Below are positions 50,437 to 60,256 of a stretch of DNA of 64,000 nucleotides, in pieces (positions within the stretch are counted from its first letter, which is position 1; every line of letters begins with the position of its first letter). The stretch spans positions 668,619 to 732,618 of the forward strand of contig CP064958.1 in NCBI GenBank assembly GCA_016699085.1, read 5' to 3'. Source of the stretch: Candidatus Nomurabacteria bacterium. Its GTDB lineage: Bacteria; Patescibacteriota; Minisyncoccia; Phycocordibacterales; UBA9973. The translations under genes were made by a program, and so were the position numbers. The notes beneath the pieces were generated by a model. The model searched no databases and was not told where the DNA came from. It worked only from the letters and a program-made list of their open reading frames with translations.

Positions 50437-51807
50437 TTATAGTCCTTCAAGCGGATCGATCATGGTTTCTTGGATTTTTTTAGCTTTTGCCATAACTTGA
50501 TTACCATAAGGAGCTGTCGTTGATGTACAAGATGAACCACCACCATAATACCTACAAGCTGCTGTTCTCTCGGCTGAATATGTTTGCGCATCAGCACCAA
50601 GATCAGAAAGATATATAGCAGACGCCATGAATGCATCATTTGGAGACCATGGATCAGGAGGATTATGCCCTGTTGCTGTACTTATGCGCCCTTTCAAAAG
50701 CATCCATGTGGAAGGAATAAATTGAGCGGGCCCCATAGCACCACCGTACCCAAAAGTAAATGGACATGATACTCGTGTTTTCATTGGATCGCGACCAAGT
50801 TCTGTTGTAATTGCTATAAATGGAGCAACATCTCTCGTAGGTTTCATGACTTTAAGAACTGCTGCGCCTGATTTTACTTTTATACCAGCGCCTGTTACTT
50901 TATCTGCTAAATAACAAGATCCCACATCAACCCCCAGATTTGATTCCTGAGTCAAAATTGCTAGTAGGAATGCAGGACGAATGCCCGTTGCCTTTTCTGC
51001 AATTTCAGCATATTTAAGTGCATCACCAAACGGAATCGCAGAGGTATCACGAAGAGCAAACAGTGCACTTCTAATTTGAGCTGCTTTCTTTTGGCGATCA
51101 GCTAATATAGTTTGATAGGTTTTTTCTTTACTCTTACTCACTGAAAGTAATTCTTCCTTTTCATTCTGAGATACTTCGACTTTATGCTTAGCAGATTCAA
51201 TTTGAGCCTTGGCATCTAGTTCCTGATCTTGTTTCTGACTTAACACTTCCTTTTCAGTCAGTGTTTCATTTTTGACATGGCTAATATTATCGATTGAAGT
51301 CTTTATAGATTCTTTGATAGATGCAAACGTATCAACATCAGTATAAAAGTCTGAAATAGACTCGTTAGTGAGCATGACATGCACAAAGGTAGCATCATCA
51401 ATCTCATTGGTTTTCCTCATGAGCTGGGCTAAAGAATCTTTAGTATGGTTAAGCTTTGTATCCAGCGTTGCTATAGTTTTAGTTTTGTTTGTAATTTCCC
51501 CACTGAGCTTCGTAATAACCAAATTCTTTGATTTAATATCGAGTTTCGCTTTATCAATCTGTGTTGTGAGTATTTTAATATCATTATTTATGGATGCAGA
51601 CTGCCCTTTTTGAGCATTAAGCTCAGTAGTTTTTTGAGCAATTTCTGCCTCTAGTGCTGCCAGCTGAGCCTCCAGTGCTGCCTCTTGAGCCTGGGCATCA
51701 GAAAGATCAGTAGCTGTAAGACTACGCGGCAAAGTCAAAAGCCCACCAAAGGCAATAATGGTGATTAAACTTATACTGACTATGGTTTGCACTACTTGAG
51801 AACGCAT
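50437..51807 (-). CDS. coiled-coil protein with C-terminal lysozyme-like (lytic transglycosylase-type) domain
   Basis: N-terminal TM, ~270 aa heptad-rich region, C-terminal ...AILTQESNLG... region. Confidence 0.55.
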   Translation of the reverse strand: MRSQVVQTIVSISLITIIAFGGLLTLPRSLTATDLSDAQAQEAALEAQLAALEAEIAQKTTELNAQKGQSASINNDIKILTTQIDKAKLDIKSKNLVITKLSGEITNKTKTIATLDTKLNHTKDSLAQLMRKTNEIDDATFVHVMLTNESISDFYTDVDTFASIKESIKTSIDNISHVKNETLTEKEVLSQKQDQELDAKAQIESAKHKVEVSQNEKEELLSVSKSKEKTYQTILADRQKKAAQIRSALFALRDTSAIPFGDALKYAEIAEKATGIRPAFLLAILTQESNLGVDVGSCYLADKVTGAGIKVKSGAAVLKVMKPTRDVAPFIAITTELGRDPMKTRVSCPFTFGYGGAMGPAQFIPSTWMLLKGRISTATGHNPPDPWSPNDAFMASAIYLSDLGADAQTYSAERTAACRYYGGGSSCTSTTAPYGNQVMAKAKKIQETMIDPLEGL

Positions 51808-51873
51808 GTAACCATTATCCCAAGAAAAAACCCCGTGCGCAAGTACGAGGTTCCTTCTTGAATATATATTGTA

Positions 51874-52527
51874 TTAAGCTGCTGGTGCTGTCTCTTCTGA
51901 GGCAACCGCATCCTCTTCTTTTTTACCTTTCTTTTCTACTTCAATTGTACTCAAATCAACAGGTGCTTCTTCCTCCTTTTCTTCAACCATCGCTGCAATT
52001 AAGGCAACAACTTCTTCTACCTCATTTATAATTGTTACTCCAGGCGGTACAGCAATATTTTTTATATGGATTTGATCACCAACAATGCTAAGTGAACTGA
52101 TGTCAATATGGAGCGCATGTGGCAAATCTTTCGGCAAGGCACTGATAGAAACTTCATGGAGCACTTTAACCAAATTACCGAGTCCGCCTTTGACCGCCTC
52201 TGACACACCGTCGAATTCAAGTGGCACATCAACCGTAATAGCTTTATTTGTATCAATGGCAAGAAAATCTACATGGATTGGGTTGCCTGTGACTGGATCA
52301 AATTGTAAATCATGGATAATCGTCTCAACGTTGCCATCTGGCGTCTCGAGAGTTACTTGACTTGATTCCCCAGCTCCTTTCCAGACTTTCTTAAACGCTT
52401 TTGCGTCAACACTGATAGATGTTGTTTCTTTGTTAAAACCATAAAAAACGGCAGGAATAATCTCGCCTTTTCTCATTGCGTCAACGTTATCATTTTTTGC
52501 TCGTTTTGATACTTGTAGGGTAAACAT
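51874..52527 (-). CDS. rplY: 50S ribosomal protein L25/general stress protein Ctc
   Basis: RKGEIIPAVFYG... beta-barrel domain plus acidic C-terminal extension. Confidence 0.88.
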   Translation of the reverse strand: MFTLQVSKRAKNDNVDAMRKGEIIPAVFYGFNKETTSISVDAKAFKKVWKGAGESSQVTLETPDGNVETIIHDLQFDPVTGNPIHVDFLAIDTNKAITVDVPLEFDGVSEAVKGGLGNLVKVLHEVSISALPKDLPHALHIDISSLSIVGDQIHIKNIAVPPGVTIINEVEEVVALIAAMVEEKEEEAPVDLSTIEVEKKGKKEEDAVASEETAPAA

Positions 52528-52565
52528 GCCAATTAGTATACTCGGAAATGCAAAATTGTAAACCC

Positions 52566-54317
52566 TTAGGAACTATGATGTGCTTTTGGGTGATCAGGAC
52601 CAATGAAATGAGCGCTCATATACTCTCTCGTTGTTCCAACTTTTTTATTTGGATTAAAAATGTATTTTGGATCAAATATTCGCTTGGTTGATTCAAAAAG
52701 TGCTACAACTTGGTCCCCATACATACCTCTAAGGAATGGTGTACGGATAAGTCCATCATTATGCTCGGCAGTGATTGAACCTTGATACTTAGCTACGAGT
52801 GCATACACCTCATCAGACAGGGAGAAAATAATATCTTTGGTTTTTGGATCATTGAAATCCATAAGAGGAATAATATGGAAGTTGCCATTGCCCGCATGGC
52901 CTGCGATCGTATATATCACATCTGTATAGCGATCTAAGTATGATTGTAACTTTGGTAAAAACTCAGGCAAAAATTCTGGACGAACAATGATGTCATCAAT
53001 AAAAGGCGCTGTATGTCTCCCTTGGACATGCTTTCTTAGTAGCGCAAAGCTATCCCGACGCATATTCCAATATTTGGATGCTTCATGCTCGTTTTTAGTA
53101 ATACGCATTGGGAATCCAAAGTGAGCGATACGCTTCAATAATGCTTCTGATTTTTTTTGTATTTCACTTTCATCTGCTCCCGCGTACTCAACCAAAAGTA
53201 TAAGCTTTGGTGCGCCACCAGTAAGTAGCATAAAAAATTCTGGAATAAATGATAGACCAAATTTAATAATACCAAAAATCCCTTTTACTTTTATAAAATC
53301 TTTAAAAAACTTCATACCAAGCTTGAACGTCTTATCGTCGTATGATTCCAAGCTTTGAGGCTTCGTTTCTAAAATTTCATCAACAATAGTTCCCAAATGA
53401 GTGAGTTCTTTGAGAAATACAACAACAAGCTTTGATACTGCAGGTTTTTCGATCAATCCAAGCGTTATCTCGGTCACAATGCCAAGCGTACCTTGGGATC
53501 CAACAATGAGTTTGGCAATATCAAATGTATCCTCCATTTCTGTAGGTCCTTTTTTCAAAATATTCCATAAATAGTATCCAGCAGAATTCTTGGACACCAT
53601 AGGTCTCGCTGCATCAATAACAGATTGATTGTCTTTGATAAGCGCGTAGAGTTCTTTGTAGACTTTGCCTTCGAGATCTACCTGTGCGATTTTGGCATAT
53701 AGTTCACGTCTGGTTATCGGACCAAAGGTATATTCATGCCCATCACTAAGTATGACTTTAAGTGACTCCACATAGTCTTCAGTCTTGCCATATCGAAGAG
53801 TTAGTTCCCCGCCAGAATTATTACCAACCATGCCGCCGATCGCATTGATAGATTTTGATGCTGTATAACACGGTAAAAGTAAATTCTTTTTTAAGGTTTC
53901 GATTTCAAAATCTCTATAGTAACATCCAGGTTGTACTACAGCTTTACCTGACAATATTACCTCATGACTTCCAGGGAAAAGTGGCTGCATTTTAGTCTGC
54001 TGTGTTGACGCCACTTCTACAACGCGATTCATGTATCTAGTAAAATCCAAGATAATGGATTCGTTCAACGGACCTCCTGACATACAGGTACCTGCTGAAC
54101 GCGCTGTAATAGAGAGTTTAGGATATTTTTCTTTATTGAGATTTACCCACTGCACGAGATTTTGAATATCAGATGAATCTCTTGGAAAAAGTACAAGTTC
54201 AGGCCGCACTTCCAACAAACTCGCATCATGCGAATAGGTAGTTAGTGTTGTATCACTATCATCACTATCACCTTTAAAAAATTTCTTTATCTCTTCTTTC
54301 ATACTATCCGAGATCAT
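52566..54317 (-). CDS. FAD-binding oxidoreductase (FAD-linked oxidase, D-lactate dehydrogenase-like)
   Basis: PCMH-type FAD-binding domain (LSITARSAGTCMSGGPL), large C-terminal cap; start ambiguous (54317 or 54302). Confidence 0.7.
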   Translation of the reverse strand: MISDSMKEEIKKFFKGDSDDSDTTLTTYSHDASLLEVRPELVLFPRDSSDIQNLVQWVNLNKEKYPKLSITARSAGTCMSGGPLNESIILDFTRYMNRVVEVASTQQTKMQPLFPGSHEVILSGKAVVQPGCYYRDFEIETLKKNLLLPCYTASKSINAIGGMVGNNSGGELTLRYGKTEDYVESLKVILSDGHEYTFGPITRRELYAKIAQVDLEGKVYKELYALIKDNQSVIDAARPMVSKNSAGYYLWNILKKGPTEMEDTFDIAKLIVGSQGTLGIVTEITLGLIEKPAVSKLVVVFLKELTHLGTIVDEILETKPQSLESYDDKTFKLGMKFFKDFIKVKGIFGIIKFGLSFIPEFFMLLTGGAPKLILLVEYAGADESEIQKKSEALLKRIAHFGFPMRITKNEHEASKYWNMRRDSFALLRKHVQGRHTAPFIDDIIVRPEFLPEFLPKLQSYLDRYTDVIYTIAGHAGNGNFHIIPLMDFNDPKTKDIIFSLSDEVYALVAKYQGSITAEHNDGLIRTPFLRGMYGDQVVALFESTKRIFDPKYIFNPNKKVGTTREYMSAHFIGPDHPKAHHSS

Positions 54318-54621
54318 AATATTTCTGCTCCATTTCTGTGAGATGCTTTTCGAGAAATGCTTTGTCTTGCGCACTGACAATATCCCTTCTATCAAATACA
54401 ACTTTGCGTGTACTTTGTAGATTTTCCAATGCTTTCATTTTCCATTTTTCTTCAGTTTTGTTACCGCGTAAATATTCTTCAAAGTGAGCTTTAAACGCAC
54501 CAGTAAAAAATTCCATAGCCCATTTTGTATCCCAATCTTCTATCGGAAGAGCAGTTGCTTTTTCACCTTCTTGGTGTTGCAATACTTCTGGCGCTCTATG
54601 CCCTTCATTTTTTCCTAACAT
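54304..54621 (-). CDS. hypothetical protein
   Basis: 105 aa, charged, no recognisable domain. Confidence 0.45.
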   Translation of the reverse strand: MLGKNEGHRAPEVLQHQEGEKATALPIEDWDTKWAMEFFTGAFKAHFEEYLRGNKTEEKWKMKALENLQSTRKVVFDRRDIVSAQDKAFLEKHLTEMEQKYYDLG

Positions 54622-54625
54622 ATAT

Positions 54626-55498
54626 TTAGTGAATATTATTAAATATTTTTAATCGTGCTTCGACAACAGCCTCTACTGCCTCCACGCCAGGTTTCAAGAA
54701 TTTATACGGCGCGACCTCATCAGGATTGTCAGTAAATGATTTCTTGAGTGCATCACGATATGCAACACGAATTTCTGTATTGATATGCACAATATCAATG
54801 CCGCTTTTGATGCATGCAGTAAAATCTTCATTCATCGTACCCGAGCCGCCGTGCAGAACGAGCGGGATACCTGTTGCATCCCTGATTGCCTTGACTCGCT
54901 CTGGATGAAGCCTAGGATTGCCACCTTTTACCATGCCATGAATATTACCTATAGATGGAGCCAGCATATCGATACCAGTCGCATCAACAAAAGCTTTTGC
55001 GTCTTCTGGAGTGGTCATGGTTGCCTCGCTAACACCTTCAGGTACTTCATCAAGGATTTTTGATGACTTGCCTATGAATCCTAGTTCAGCTTCGACTAAA
55101 ATATCTCGATTAGTAACGAGTCCAATCTCTCGAGCATAAGCAACGCATTTTTTGGTGAGCTCGATATTTTCTTCTAGCGGCAAAGTTGCCGCATCGATAA
55201 TCACTGCATCGAATCCTGCATCGATTGAGGCTTTGACACGTTCAAAACTGTAATGATGATCAGCATTTAGAAATATCGGGTAGTCGAATTCTTGACGAAA
55301 TGCTTTTACGAGTGCCGCTGCCTGATCGATACCAACAAAATCCTCTTCTCCTTCTGAAACGCCAATAATGACAGGTACATCTAATTTCTTGGCAGCATTA
55401 AATATTCCCCACAATGCATCCAAACTTGAAATATTAAAGTGACCAATAGCGACACCTTTAGCGTCGGCGTCATGCACATATTCTCTAAGCGTTTTCAT
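54626..55498 (-). CDS. fba: class II fructose-bisphosphate aldolase
   Basis: TIM-barrel with His-containing Zn site LVLHGGSG, 290 aa. Confidence 0.9.
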   Translation of the reverse strand: MKTLREYVHDADAKGVAIGHFNISSLDALWGIFNAAKKLDVPVIIGVSEGEEDFVGIDQAAALVKAFRQEFDYPIFLNADHHYSFERVKASIDAGFDAVIIDAATLPLEENIELTKKCVAYAREIGLVTNRDILVEAELGFIGKSSKILDEVPEGVSEATMTTPEDAKAFVDATGIDMLAPSIGNIHGMVKGGNPRLHPERVKAIRDATGIPLVLHGGSGTMNEDFTACIKSGIDIVHINTEIRVAYRDALKKSFTDNPDEVAPYKFLKPGVEAVEAVVEARLKIFNNIH

Positions 55499-55533
55499 GG
55501 CAAAAGTATACCATGCTGTGCTAAAATGAGCAC

Positions 55534-56526
55534 ATGGAAAAACAATATGATTTTATCGCTATTGGTGACATTGTAGCAGACGCATTTATACGACTCAAAG
55601 ACGCACATGTACACAGTAATCTTGATAAGGTAAAGGAGGAACTCTGCGTCAGATTTGGCGATAAAGTGCCCTATGAATCAGTCGAGGTTATTTATGCTGT
55701 GGGCAATAGTGCCAATGCTGCAGTATCAGCTGCACGATTAGGATTATCTTCAGCTTTGATAGCTACTGTTGGAGATGATGCAAATGGCAAAGCCTGCCTT
55801 GATTCTCTCGTAGCAGATGGAGTCGGCACCGAATACATGAAAGTAAATAGCGAATACCCAACGAACTACCACTATGTGCTTTGGTACGATGTCGAACGCA
55901 CGATCCTCGTCAAGCATGCTCCATTTCCTTATTCACTACCAACAAACATGAAGGCACCAAAGTGGATATACCTTTCTTCTATGGGTGAACACTCTATCGA
56001 CTACCACGCAGAAATCGCCACCTACATTGCATCTCATCCTGAAACCAAACTTGCATTCCAACCTGGCACCTTCCAGATAAAATTGGGAGTAGAAAAATTG
56101 AAAGATATATATCAAAGGACTGAAATATTTTTCTGTAACGTTGAGGAGGCGCAATTAATTCTCAAAACAGAAGAAATCGACAAGAAAAAACTCATGGATA
56201 TGCTCCACGCGCTCGGACCGAAAAATATTGTCATGACCGATGGTTTCAATGGTGCCTATGCGAGAGAAGAAGCGGGAGTGTATTGGTTTATGCCTATTTA
56301 TCCGCATACACCAGTGGAGCGAACAGGTGCAGGTGATGCATTTGAATCAACCATTGCAGCATGCTTTGCTATGGGTAAATCATTAGACGAGGCATTACTC
56401 TGGGCACCAATTAATGCCATGTCAGTGACACAGCAAATCGGTGCACAAAAGGGACTACTATCCAAAGAAAAACTAGAAGAATACTTGGTACGAGCACCAG
56501 AGAATTACAAACCTCAAAAAATATAG
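55534..56526 (+). CDS. PfkB family carbohydrate kinase
   Basis: ribokinase-like fold, C-terminal GAGDAF motif. Confidence 0.8.
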   Translation: MEKQYDFIAIGDIVADAFIRLKDAHVHSNLDKVKEELCVRFGDKVPYESVEVIYAVGNSANAAVSAARLGLSSALIATVGDDANGKACLDSLVADGVGTEYMKVNSEYPTNYHYVLWYDVERTILVKHAPFPYSLPTNMKAPKWIYLSSMGEHSIDYHAEIATYIASHPETKLAFQPGTFQIKLGVEKLKDIYQRTEIFFCNVEEAQLILKTEEIDKKKLMDMLHALGPKNIVMTDGFNGAYAREEAGVYWFMPIYPHTPVERTGAGDAFESTIAACFAMGKSLDEALLWAPINAMSVTQQIGAQKGLLSKEKLEEYLVRAPENYKPQKI

Positions 56527-56527
56527 T

Positions 56528-56854
56528 ATGGAAAACATGAGTGAGCTTCCAATGAACTGGGGCCCTGAAAACAAAATAAGAGAAATTAATCCCAACAAGA
56601 AATCTGATAGCGAAATATTTCAAGATTCAATTGATGCTATACACAAACGTATTAAAATAAGAGAAGACGAGATCAGTATGATCACACAACAACTTGAAAA
56701 TAATGATCTAGATGCATCGGCAAGGACACAATTACTTAACCGCAAAACTGCACTGGAGCAAACCAATAGTGGCACAGCTAAAGCAACACTTAGATTAATG
56801 CAAGAAAAACTAGAAACTGCTTTAGATAAGCAACCAAAAAAGAAAGCAAACTAA
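56528..56854 (+). CDS. hypothetical coiled-coil protein
   Basis: 108 aa, no recognisable domain. Confidence 0.4.
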   Translation: MENMSELPMNWGPENKIREINPNKKSDSEIFQDSIDAIHKRIKIREDEISMITQQLENNDLDASARTQLLNRKTALEQTNSGTAKATLRLMQEKLETALDKQPKKKAN

Positions 56855-57852
56855 TTATTTTCTTTCCTACCTAACACTTTCATCACCGCCGTAGCTATAG
56901 ATTCTCTACTCATGCCATAGTGCTTGAGCAACTCTTCAGGAGTTCCAGATTGGCCAAATTTATCTTGGACACCTATGAACTCTATTGGCACAGGAAAATG
57001 TCCTGCGAGATATTCTGCTACTGCACTACCCATACCACCAGCTACTTGATGTTCTTCGACAGTTACTATAGCTTTGGTTTCTTTTGCCAGAGCTAAAATT
57101 GCACTGGTGTCGAGTGGTTTGATAGTAGCCAGATTCATTACAATAACTTTCACACCTTTCTTCTCAAGATCTCGAGCCGCTATGAGTGCTTTGTGTACAA
57201 GCGCACCTGTGGCGATGATGCCCACATGTGCAATACCATCGGGTCGATAAAATATTTGAGCTTTGCCTATTTCAAATGAAGTCTCAGTAATGGTCATAAC
57301 AGGTGTTTTTTCTCGAGCTAAGCGAATGTATGCAGGCTTGCCGTAAGACGCGAGCGCAAGTGTTGCCTTCTTGGCTTCGATACTATCGCACGGTGAAATC
57401 ACCATCATATTAGGGAGTACTCGCATGAGTGCCATATCTTCAATTGCCTGATGCGTACCACCATCAGGTCCTACTGATATACCCGCATGAGAACCGACAA
57501 TGATAACAGGACGGTCGTTGTACGCTATCGTTGTGCGGATTTGCTCCCAATTGCGACCAGGTGAAAACATAGCGTAGCTGGAACAAAAAGGAATTTTCCC
57601 CACAGCAGCAAGCCCTGATGCAACCGTTACCAAGTTCTGTTCTGCAACACCGATTTCAATGAAACGCTCAGGGAATTTCTCTGCAAAGAGATTCATCTTA
57701 GTCGACTCGGTCAGATCAGCACAAAGTGCAACAACATTTTTATTGGCTTCACCAGCTTGAGCAAGCCCTTCACCAAATCCTTGGCGAATCGGAATTTGTT
57801 CGACAGAATCTAAAAATAGATGAGGGTTTAATTTAAGGATAGGGTTAAGCAT
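56851..57852 (-). CDS. transketolase, C-terminal (pyrimidine-binding) subunit
   Basis: GFGEGL...IEIGVAEQN...GSHAGISVGPDGGTHQ motifs of the split-transketolase B subunit. Confidence 0.9.
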   Translation of the reverse strand: MLNPILKLNPHLFLDSVEQIPIRQGFGEGLAQAGEANKNVVALCADLTESTKMNLFAEKFPERFIEIGVAEQNLVTVASGLAAVGKIPFCSSYAMFSPGRNWEQIRTTIAYNDRPVIIVGSHAGISVGPDGGTHQAIEDMALMRVLPNMMVISPCDSIEAKKATLALASYGKPAYIRLAREKTPVMTITETSFEIGKAQIFYRPDGIAHVGIIATGALVHKALIAARDLEKKGVKVIVMNLATIKPLDTSAILALAKETKAIVTVEEHQVAGGMGSAVAEYLAGHFPVPIEFIGVQDKFGQSGTPEELLKHYGMSRESIATAVMKVLGRKENN

Positions 57853-57980
57853 ATACTATACAGTGTACTATATCCAATGCGTGCCCTGTAGTGAGCCGAG
57901 TATGCATTCGATACGAGGATCTACTACTGGGGTCGTCGTTAAATAATTTTCTATTCAATTTTAGATTCGTATTCAGCATT

Positions 57981-58382
57981 TTAAGTTTTTAATTCATTCA
58001 TATGGTTATTGAGAAATGTCATTAAATTTTCAATGCTTACATCATCAAAATAGAAAATCTCTTGATCCCCAACTTTGAAATCCTTTGGCAATCCAGATTC
58101 TCTTCGTAATGTTGCTGTAATATATGAGTCATCTGGATTTTGCGGATTGTATGACAAATCAATAAGAATGCTAGGAAATATTTTGTCGGGTTTAGAAATA
58201 GCAAATGTACTTCCAATCACCTTTCGATACTCAAGTCCGTTTAGATTATTTGCAACGAATTTTGCGAGCAGCGATTCTTGTAACGGTATTGTATCTGAAT
58301 CACCAAAAACCTCGCTACCAATCTTGCGTTGTGACTGCAATTTGTTGTAATTTGTTTCCAGTTGTAAATTATTTTCTATCAT
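57981..58382 (-). CDS. hypothetical protein
   Basis: 133 aa, no recognisable domain; part of cassette between transketolase halves. Confidence 0.45.
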   Translation of the reverse strand: MIENNLQLETNYNKLQSQRKIGSEVFGDSDTIPLQESLLAKFVANNLNGLEYRKVIGSTFAISKPDKIFPSILIDLSYNPQNPDDSYITATLRRESGLPKDFKVGDQEIFYFDDVSIENLMTFLNNHMNELKT

Positions 58383-58397
58383 ACAAGTGAGTATTTA

Positions 58398-58613
58398 TTA
58401 TATATCTTCTATTAAAACAAATCTGGGAACAGTTTTTCCTTCCCATTCAACAGTATTGAAAAACAATGCCAGTGGTCGAAAATAGACATTTCCGTCTTCT
58501 TGGCGTTCGTATGCAACCAACTCTTCACCGGACTCTGAGTGTTTGCCAAGTACAATAATTTTGTAATGTTTACCTTTGTAGTGCTGCCACAGTTGTCCTG
58601 GTTTAATTTCCAT
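58398..58613 (-). CDS. DUF1653-like small protein
   Basis: PGQLWQHYKGKHYKII...YFRPLALF pattern typical of DUF1653; start trimmed to MEIKPGQ. Confidence 0.55.
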   Translation of the reverse strand: MEIKPGQLWQHYKGKHYKIIVLGKHSESGEELVAYERQEDGNVYFRPLALFFNTVEWEGKTVPRFVLIEDI

Positions 58614-58626
58614 GCAAGCAATAATA

Positions 58627-59325
58627 TTATAGCAAAACTTCACACCAAACAGGATAGTGGTCCATAAAATCTCCTCTGGCCAGCTCTTGTGTAACCTTTA
58701 TTGTCTTGAACTCATTGCTCGTGAATATTCCATCAAATTCCATTCCAAATGGTGTATGTGACACCCCTTTGGTAATACAAGTCATAGTAGCTTCCAAAAG
58801 TCTATATGCGCGTTTGTCATTCTTAAATACAAAGAAATTCCCTATCTTCCAAAAGTTCATATCTCCGGTAATTATTTGTGGAGTTGAAGTATGTTTGATT
58901 AGTGCACAAAGTTCTTCTACTTGTTCAAGGCGTTTCTTTGCATAAAAGGAATTCAAATGCACAGGATAAAGATCAAGCAACTCAAAGGATATTTGTGTTG
59001 AAGCAAATGATTGTTTGCCAACAGTAAATGGTAGTTTGCTTGCTATAAGTATTGAATGTTTGTGATACCACGTCGTCACAAATGCCTTATAGGGATATGA
59101 CTCCAGCATTGGAATCGACAACATATCAATTTCTTCATAGAATTCTTGCAAGCAGACAATATCTGGCAATACTTTCCGTAATTCCTCATCTACTAGTTTT
59201 GCATTAATTTTCGGTTGAAAATATTCATGTTTAAAACTATTTCCTCTGTATGCATAATGCAGTTTTGCTGCAAGCTTCATCCACGAGAAGCAACCAAGAT
59301 TCCACGTTAGAATTTTTATTTGCAT
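58627..59325 (-). CDS. endonuclease/exonuclease/phosphatase (EEP) family protein
   Basis: ILTWNL...DIVCLQE...GDMNF...DHYPV conserved EEP catalytic motifs. Confidence 0.75.
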   Translation of the reverse strand: MQIKILTWNLGCFSWMKLAAKLHYAYRGNSFKHEYFQPKINAKLVDEELRKVLPDIVCLQEFYEEIDMLSIPMLESYPYKAFVTTWYHKHSILIASKLPFTVGKQSFASTQISFELLDLYPVHLNSFYAKKRLEQVEELCALIKHTSTPQIITGDMNFWKIGNFFVFKNDKRAYRLLEATMTCITKGVSHTPFGMEFDGIFTSNEFKTIKVTQELARGDFMDHYPVWCEVLL

Positions 59326-59374
59326 TAAATAAAATTATTTATATCTTTTCACTTGTAGTATTGCTACTTAATAA

Positions 59375-60241
59375 TTACTGATGTTCACTTTTAATCTTTC
59401 CTCCTAATGTCCTTAGCTCCTTGAGTGCCATTTTAGCTTCGTCTTTATTCGGCGTTTTGCCATGCCAGTGATAATCGCGCTCAAATTCTTTGACGCCTTT
59501 GCCTGGAATTGTCCGCGCTATGATGACTGATGGTTTTTCGAAAACTGCTTTGGCACGATTAACAGCTCCGACTATATCTTCAAAGTTATGACCATCGATT
59601 TCTTGGACATGCCAGTTAAATGCTTCCCATTTTGCAGTCAATGAATCAAGCGGCATAATATTTTCAGTGTACCCATCAATCTGAATATTGTTTCGATCCA
59701 CAAAGACGATGAGATTCCTAAGCTTTTCTTTACCTGCAAGCATGATAGCTTCCCAATTGTTGCCCTCATCGAGTTCCCCATCACCCGTCAGACAATACAC
59801 GTACTGATCAGCACTGTTGCCATGATCCATGCGGAGTCCCAATGCCATGCCCGTAGCCTGGGAGAGTCCTGAGCCGAGCGGACCCGAACTGTTTTCAAGC
59901 ATTGGTAAATATTCACGATGTGGATGCCCTTGTAGTCGAGTCCCAAATTTGCGAAGCGTTGCAAGTTCAGATACAGGAAAGTACCCTGCGTGTGCCATCG
60001 TTGCATAGAGCACCGGGCAGATGTGGCCATTGGATAGGACGACCCGATCACGCTCTTCCCAATCTGGTTTTTTTGGATTATGTTTCAGTATTTCAAAATA
60101 AAGTGCTGTAAAGACATCTGTCATTCCGAGTGGTCCCGCAGTATGACCTGAACCAGCTTCGAGTAACATCGCAATAATACTTTCACGGATATTGTTAGCG
60201 GTGATGGCGAGTTCTTCTTTTTTTGTATCAGATAAAAACAT
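59375..60241 (-). CDS. transketolase, N-terminal (TPP-binding) subunit
   Basis: GSGHTAGPLG, LSNGH, GDGELDEGNNWEA TPP-binding motifs of split transketolase A subunit. Confidence 0.9.
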   Translation of the reverse strand: MFLSDTKKEELAITANNIRESIIAMLLEAGSGHTAGPLGMTDVFTALYFEILKHNPKKPDWEERDRVVLSNGHICPVLYATMAHAGYFPVSELATLRKFGTRLQGHPHREYLPMLENSSGPLGSGLSQATGMALGLRMDHGNSADQYVYCLTGDGELDEGNNWEAIMLAGKEKLRNLIVFVDRNNIQIDGYTENIMPLDSLTAKWEAFNWHVQEIDGHNFEDIVGAVNRAKAVFEKPSVIIARTIPGKGVKEFERDYHWHGKTPNKDEAKMALKELRTLGGKIKSEHQ

Positions 60242-60256
60242 ACAAAAAGTATACCA

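Noticed and set aside
57853-57980. Possible TPP riboswitch ahead of the transketolase C-terminal subunit
   Set aside because: A CACTACAGGGCACGC segment loosely resembles the TPP aptamer P1/P2, but the conserved CUGAGA and the pyrimidine-sensor elements are absent on either strand. Kept only as 'structured spacer' inside the transketolase finding.
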